DNA of 64,000 nt from Nostoc sp. DedSLP01 (GTDB taxonomy: Bacteria; Cyanobacteriota; Cyanobacteriia; Cyanobacteriales; Nostocaceae): assembly GCA_034530875.2 (NCBI GenBank), contig JAVRCJ020000003.1, positions 64,001-128,000 of the forward strand, given 5' to 3'. Each line of letters begins with the position of its first letter. The first letter of the stretch is position 1. Below, piece by piece: positions 60,104 through 64,000 of the stretch. The translations under genes were made by a program, and so were the position numbers. The notes under the pieces were generated by a model. That model had not been told where the DNA came from. It made no database searches and saw only the letters and a program-made list of their open reading frames with translations.

Positions 60104-61411
60104 ATGGAAAGCTTAGTTCGTTTTTCCTTTTGGAAGCAAATTCTTATTGCTCTCCTATTTTATGTTGTTTGCAGTAGCATAGGTCTTTTCATTTCATCAG
60201 ACGGAATTGCCAAATTAGCAGTACAAGAGGGAAAAGAATTTCAGTACTGGGATGCAATTCATTATGTCAATTTGGGTTTCCATCCTCGTTGTCAAGCTTT
60301 TTATCCACTTTGGTCTCAAATCAATCGCTTGTTTTCCCCAGAAAATCCCTTCATTGGTCTGCGGTATGCTTTTGTTATCTGTAACGTTCTTTTTGTCTTA
60401 TCACTACCTATCGTCTTATATGTCTTGAAAAAAGTAATTAAATCAGAAACTATAAGCTTTATCATTCTGATACTTTACGTTATTAATCCAAATTCTATTT
60501 TCCATAGTATTGGTTATACTGAAAGTTTATTTTCACTCTGTGCAATTCTTAGCGTAGTCGCTCTTTTGTTTTCACATTCTCTCTTTTGGAATTGTATCTT
60601 AGCAGTATCTGTCATACTCATGTCTGTGTCTAGACCGAGTTTAGTGCAACTTCTCTTTGCTTCATTTAGTGCATTATTTTGCGTATTTTTAGGAAGCCAT
60701 TTACAGTCTAATACCAATTCTCAAATTAGGGAATGGAAAAAATATACTATTCCCACTGGATTAATTGCTATATGTTCTATTGTCGGTTATTTAATTTACG
60801 GCGTCTATTGTTTATTATCAACAGGAAACTTTTTAACTCCCTTTAAAGCTCAAGTCGAGTGGGGAAGAACTCTTCAGTTAAGACCATTATTTCTATTGTT
60901 TCCTAGATCCTTACTAAACGATCTACATGGTCTCTACTTTCCATTTATTATATTATTACTAGTGCTTATTCTCATTTACTTTCATACCAAACGTAAGAAG
61001 ATTTTACTCTATATACCTAAACATCCTCTACTATGGATAACCCTTTTTTATCCTCCTATCGCAATTTTGATTTATTCCATCCGTTCTTGGCAGTTAGGTA
61101 AAGCTGGTAAGCTAACCTCTCAATCTGTAAATCCAACCATTGCCCAACTACAAACAAATTATGTGTTCTTTTTTTGCTTATTCATTTGTATAGCCAATGC
61201 AACTATTGGATTTTTAGCGGCTTCTGGTTATCTCTATAGCCTTGCAAGATTTGTGTTCGCAACTCCCTTCTTTTTTATTGCTTTTGGTATGTTAATAGAC
61301 CATCTTGATAGCCCAAAGACACGACAGTTCCTTTACGGGTGTATTCTGGTTTCTGGTTTAGGATTAATCGAACAGTGGTATCGTTGGGGCAATAACCGTT
61401 GGGTAGGATAA
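60104..61411 (+). CDS. GT-C fold membrane glycosyltransferase (PIG-V/mannosyltransferase-like)
   Basis: WDAIHY, AFYPL.., INP.S.F...YTESLF and QVEWGR motifs; many TM helices. Confidence 0.7.
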   Translation: MESLVRFSFWKQILIALLFYVVCSSIGLFISSDGIAKLAVQEGKEFQYWDAIHYVNLGFHPRCQAFYPLWSQINRLFSPENPFIGLRYAFVICNVLFVLSLPIVLYVLKKVIKSETISFIILILYVINPNSIFHSIGYTESLFSLCAILSVVALLFSHSLFWNCILAVSVILMSVSRPSLVQLLFASFSALFCVFLGSHLQSNTNSQIREWKKYTIPTGLIAICSIVGYLIYGVYCLLSTGNFLTPFKAQVEWGRTLQLRPLFLLFPRSLLNDLHGLYFPFIILLLVLILIYFHTKRKKILLYIPKHPLLWITLFYPPIAILIYSIRSWQLGKAGKLTSQSVNPTIAQLQTNYVFFFCLFICIANATIGFLAASGYLYSLARFVFATPFFFIAFGMLIDHLDSPKTRQFLYGCILVSGLGLIEQWYRWGNNRWVG

Positions 61412-61481
61412 TTAGAAATGAGGTATTTTATTTGCTGAAAAATTTTTTAGCGTTTAATATTGGGTAAAATAGTATAAAGAT

Positions 61482-62969
61482 ATGCAAAATAATACTATTA
61501 GAAATAAGTCACAAAACTCCCCTCTACTTTTCTTATCCGCTTTAGCTATAGCTATTAGAATTTATAACATTAATTCACCAATTATCGGTATTCATTCCTG
61601 GCGTCAGTCAGATACAGCAGCAATAGCCAGAAATTTTTATGAGAATGGTTTTAATTTATTTTATCCTCAAATCGACTGGGGAGGAAATTCCCCTGGTTAT
61701 TGCGAAACTGAATTTCCCATTTATTCATTTATTGTTGCTCTGATTTACAAGCTTTTTGGACTTACAGAGTTTTGGGGAAGATTAATATCGATTATTTGTT
61801 TTTTAGTAGCTCTGTACTTTCTCTATCAGTTGGTTAGCAAAATTTTAGATTCAAAGATTGCAGCTTGGTCTTGTTTATTTTTTGTAATTTTGCCTTTGAA
61901 TGTTTATTATAGTAGAACTTTTCAGCCAGAATCAATGCTGTTGATGTGTTCAGTTATCGGTATCTACTATTTCTATGATTGGTTGGAATCAGAAAAATTA
62001 CAACATTTAATTTTATCAGGTAGTTTTGTAGGTTTGGCTTGTCTAATTAAAGTTTTACCAATAATATATTTAGGAATACCACTATTTTACTTAGCATGGA
62101 CTAAATATGGTATTAGAATTTTTGCTCAAATATCTCTGTGGATTTATAGCATATTAATATTAATTTCTGTAGCTATCTGGTATTATCATGCTCATCGAAT
62201 ATTTCTTGAATATGGTAATACTTTTGGTTTTTGGTCAGGCTCAACAAATAGATATGACTACAATATTGTACTTACCTTCAAGTTTTGGACTGAAATTTTA
62301 TTTAGAACTTGTATCAGGCATTTTGCTATTTTTGGGTTTCCCATATTTTTATTAGGTTTAGTAATTCCTAGAAAAACTCGGCAAGAATATGTATTAGATG
62401 TTTGGCTAATTTCAGTAATATTAACTTGGATATTAGTACCTGTTACCAGCCTAGTTCATGAATATTATCAACTGCAATTTATGCTTACAGGAGTGATATT
62501 TATGGGTAAAGCTTGCAGCGAATATTTTGATAAAGCTTGTCAATATGTTAATTTGCAAAAATTTATAGTATTTTGCATCTGTCTAACTGTAGCTGCTGGC
62601 TCTGTTATTTATACTATTGATTATATGTTTAAAGAAAGAACAGAAAAGTCAGGTGTTTTTCACCTAGCACAGCAAGTAAAACAAAATACTCAACCTAATT
62701 ACCTAATAATTGCTACTACTGGTAGCGACCCGACATTACTTTATTTATCACATCGAAAAGGATGGCTAATTAATCACAGCGATGTCACTGAGGAATATAT
62801 TTTATCTAAAGCTAAATTAGGAGCGAAATATTTAGTAGGAAGTTTTAATTTTGTAGAAAGTTATAATTTGTTTGTGGATGATAACCAAAAACAAAAAGTT
62901 GAGAATTTTTTAGAAAAACATCAAAATATTCTCAAAGATAATACTAATTTCATTACAAAATTACGATAA
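61482..62969 (+). CDS. ArnT/PMT-like GT-C glycosyltransferase
   Basis: HSWRQSDTAAIARNF, EFPIY, GRL.S, YYSRTFQPES and HEYY motifs. Confidence 0.8.
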   Translation: MQNNTIRNKSQNSPLLFLSALAIAIRIYNINSPIIGIHSWRQSDTAAIARNFYENGFNLFYPQIDWGGNSPGYCETEFPIYSFIVALIYKLFGLTEFWGRLISIICFLVALYFLYQLVSKILDSKIAAWSCLFFVILPLNVYYSRTFQPESMLLMCSVIGIYYFYDWLESEKLQHLILSGSFVGLACLIKVLPIIYLGIPLFYLAWTKYGIRIFAQISLWIYSILILISVAIWYYHAHRIFLEYGNTFGFWSGSTNRYDYNIVLTFKFWTEILFRTCIRHFAIFGFPIFLLGLVIPRKTRQEYVLDVWLISVILTWILVPVTSLVHEYYQLQFMLTGVIFMGKACSEYFDKACQYVNLQKFIVFCICLTVAAGSVIYTIDYMFKERTEKSGVFHLAQQVKQNTQPNYLIIATTGSDPTLLYLSHRKGWLINHSDVTEEYILSKAKLGAKYLVGSFNFVESYNLFVDDNQKQKVENFLEKHQNILKDNTNFITKLR

Positions 62970-63047
62970 TCAAAAAAGCTGAGACTCTAATGTATCCCTA
63001 AAAGAGTATCTCAGCGATCGATAAATTTTTATCTTTCCAAAATGGAG

Positions 63048-64000
63048 TTAATTTTTTGGAGACTGTGCCTGAATTAAGCAATTAGTCAAGGTTTGAGCTA
63101 ACACCTGTACGTGGGGTTCATAAAGTAGAGAAAGGTGAGAACCGGGAATGTAACGTACATCTAATCCCCCAGCAACTATCTCACCCCAACCAAATTGAGG
63201 ATCGTATTGTATGCCGATACCTTCGCCTCGGTTTTTGTCTTCAGTTCGCAACAAAATACCTCGACCGGGATAAACTGGGTAAGTATATTGATTAATAGCT
63301 TGAGTATTAATGTCTATACTTTTTAAATGGTTGTCAGTTTCCGGTAAATCAAGTGTTGCTTCTAAGTAACGCTTGTATGTATTTTGGAGGCGTGACTTAT
63401 TCCAAGCACCCCATTTGATAATCTTTCGCCAAATATAGCCAGCTCCTTGTTGCAAAATATTGTTTAAATGCAAGAAAATTCTTTTTACAAATGGCGATCG
63501 CTTGCTATAACCAGGACGACAACTATCAAGGATAATTAGAATACCAATTTCCTCACCTTGTTCGGAAAGTTGTCGAGCCATTTCAAAGGCAACTGCACCC
63601 CCAAAGGAATAACCTCCCAGAAAATAAGGACCATCAGGTTGCAAGGTCTTAATTTCTTGAATGTAGTGCGCGGCCATGTCTTCAATACTGGTATGGAAAG
63701 TGTTTTTTCCATCTAGCCCCCGTGGTTGTAGTCCGTAAAATGGTTGTTCCGGGCCGAGATGTTGTGCCAATTCCCGGAAGCATAAAACTTCTCCACCTAG
63801 TCCGTGAATACAAAAGAAAGGAGGCTTGGAACCATTTGGTTGAATTGCTACCAGGGATGACCAAGTAGTTGTTGATTTGTCTTTTACTGAAGTCTTGTTT
63901 GTTAGTAAATCTTCTTCTGGAGAGATGATTTTGGCTAAAGCTTCTATAGTACTTGACTGGAAGAGAGTGGCAAGGGGCAGATTTTGATTAAATGTTTTCT
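63048..64000 (-). CDS. 3' end of an NRPS/PKS gene: end of carrier (PCP) domain plus thioesterase; continues beyond the window
   Basis: Open frame from the window edge: KTFNQNLPLATLFQSSTIEALA...SLVAIQPNGSKPPFFCIHG...GPYFLGGYSFGG...PGSH. Confidence 0.88.
   Translation of the reverse strand, partial: KTFNQNLPLATLFQSSTIEALAKIISPEEDLLTNKTSVKDKSTTTWSSLVAIQPNGSKPPFFCIHGLGGEVLCFRELAQHLGPEQPFYGLQPRGLDGKNTFHTSIEDMAAHYIQEIKTLQPDGPYFLGGYSFGGAVAFEMARQLSEQGEEIGILIILDSCRPGYSKRSPFVKRIFLHLNNILQQGAGYIWRKIIKWGAWNKSRLQNTYKRYLEATLDLPETDNHLKSIDINTQAINQYTYPVYPGRGILLRTEDKNRGEGIGIQYDPQFGWGEIVAGGLDVRYIPGSHLSLLYEPHVQVLAQTLTNCLIQAQSPKN

Overview
Chromosomal segment of a heterocyst-forming cyanobacterium (Nostocales). 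Evidence: frequent HIP1 octamers (GCGATCGC), STRR heptamer repeats, SDR/REP-like repeats, psaK, and a patS gene in its usual ruvC-yvcK-tsaE(hetY)-patS-patatin context. Most of the window is housekeeping or stress genes: actP, lysC, acsF/ho2/hemN, katB, sufE, COG0523, tRNA-Ser, ferredoxins, hisZ, carbonic anhydrase, rbp-rpsU, rsmI, and the end of an NRPS. The most unusual parts lie between 17 and 29 kb. (1) An NLR-like locus where a small helical protein with an amyloid-like tail is separated from an in-frame NB-ARC/TPR ORF by a single TGA in a leaky TGA-CTA context, a candidate stop-codon-readthrough receptor/effector system. (2) A split MprF-type aminoacyl-lipid locus with two exported esterases. 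(3) An uncharacterised gene under a near-consensus promoter overlapped by a perfect LexA box. Also present are an IS5-family element beside a decayed toxin-antitoxin pair and a collapsed two-component cluster. patS and a rubredoxin are missing from the ORF track. All family assignments come from motif recognition by eye; no database searches were run.
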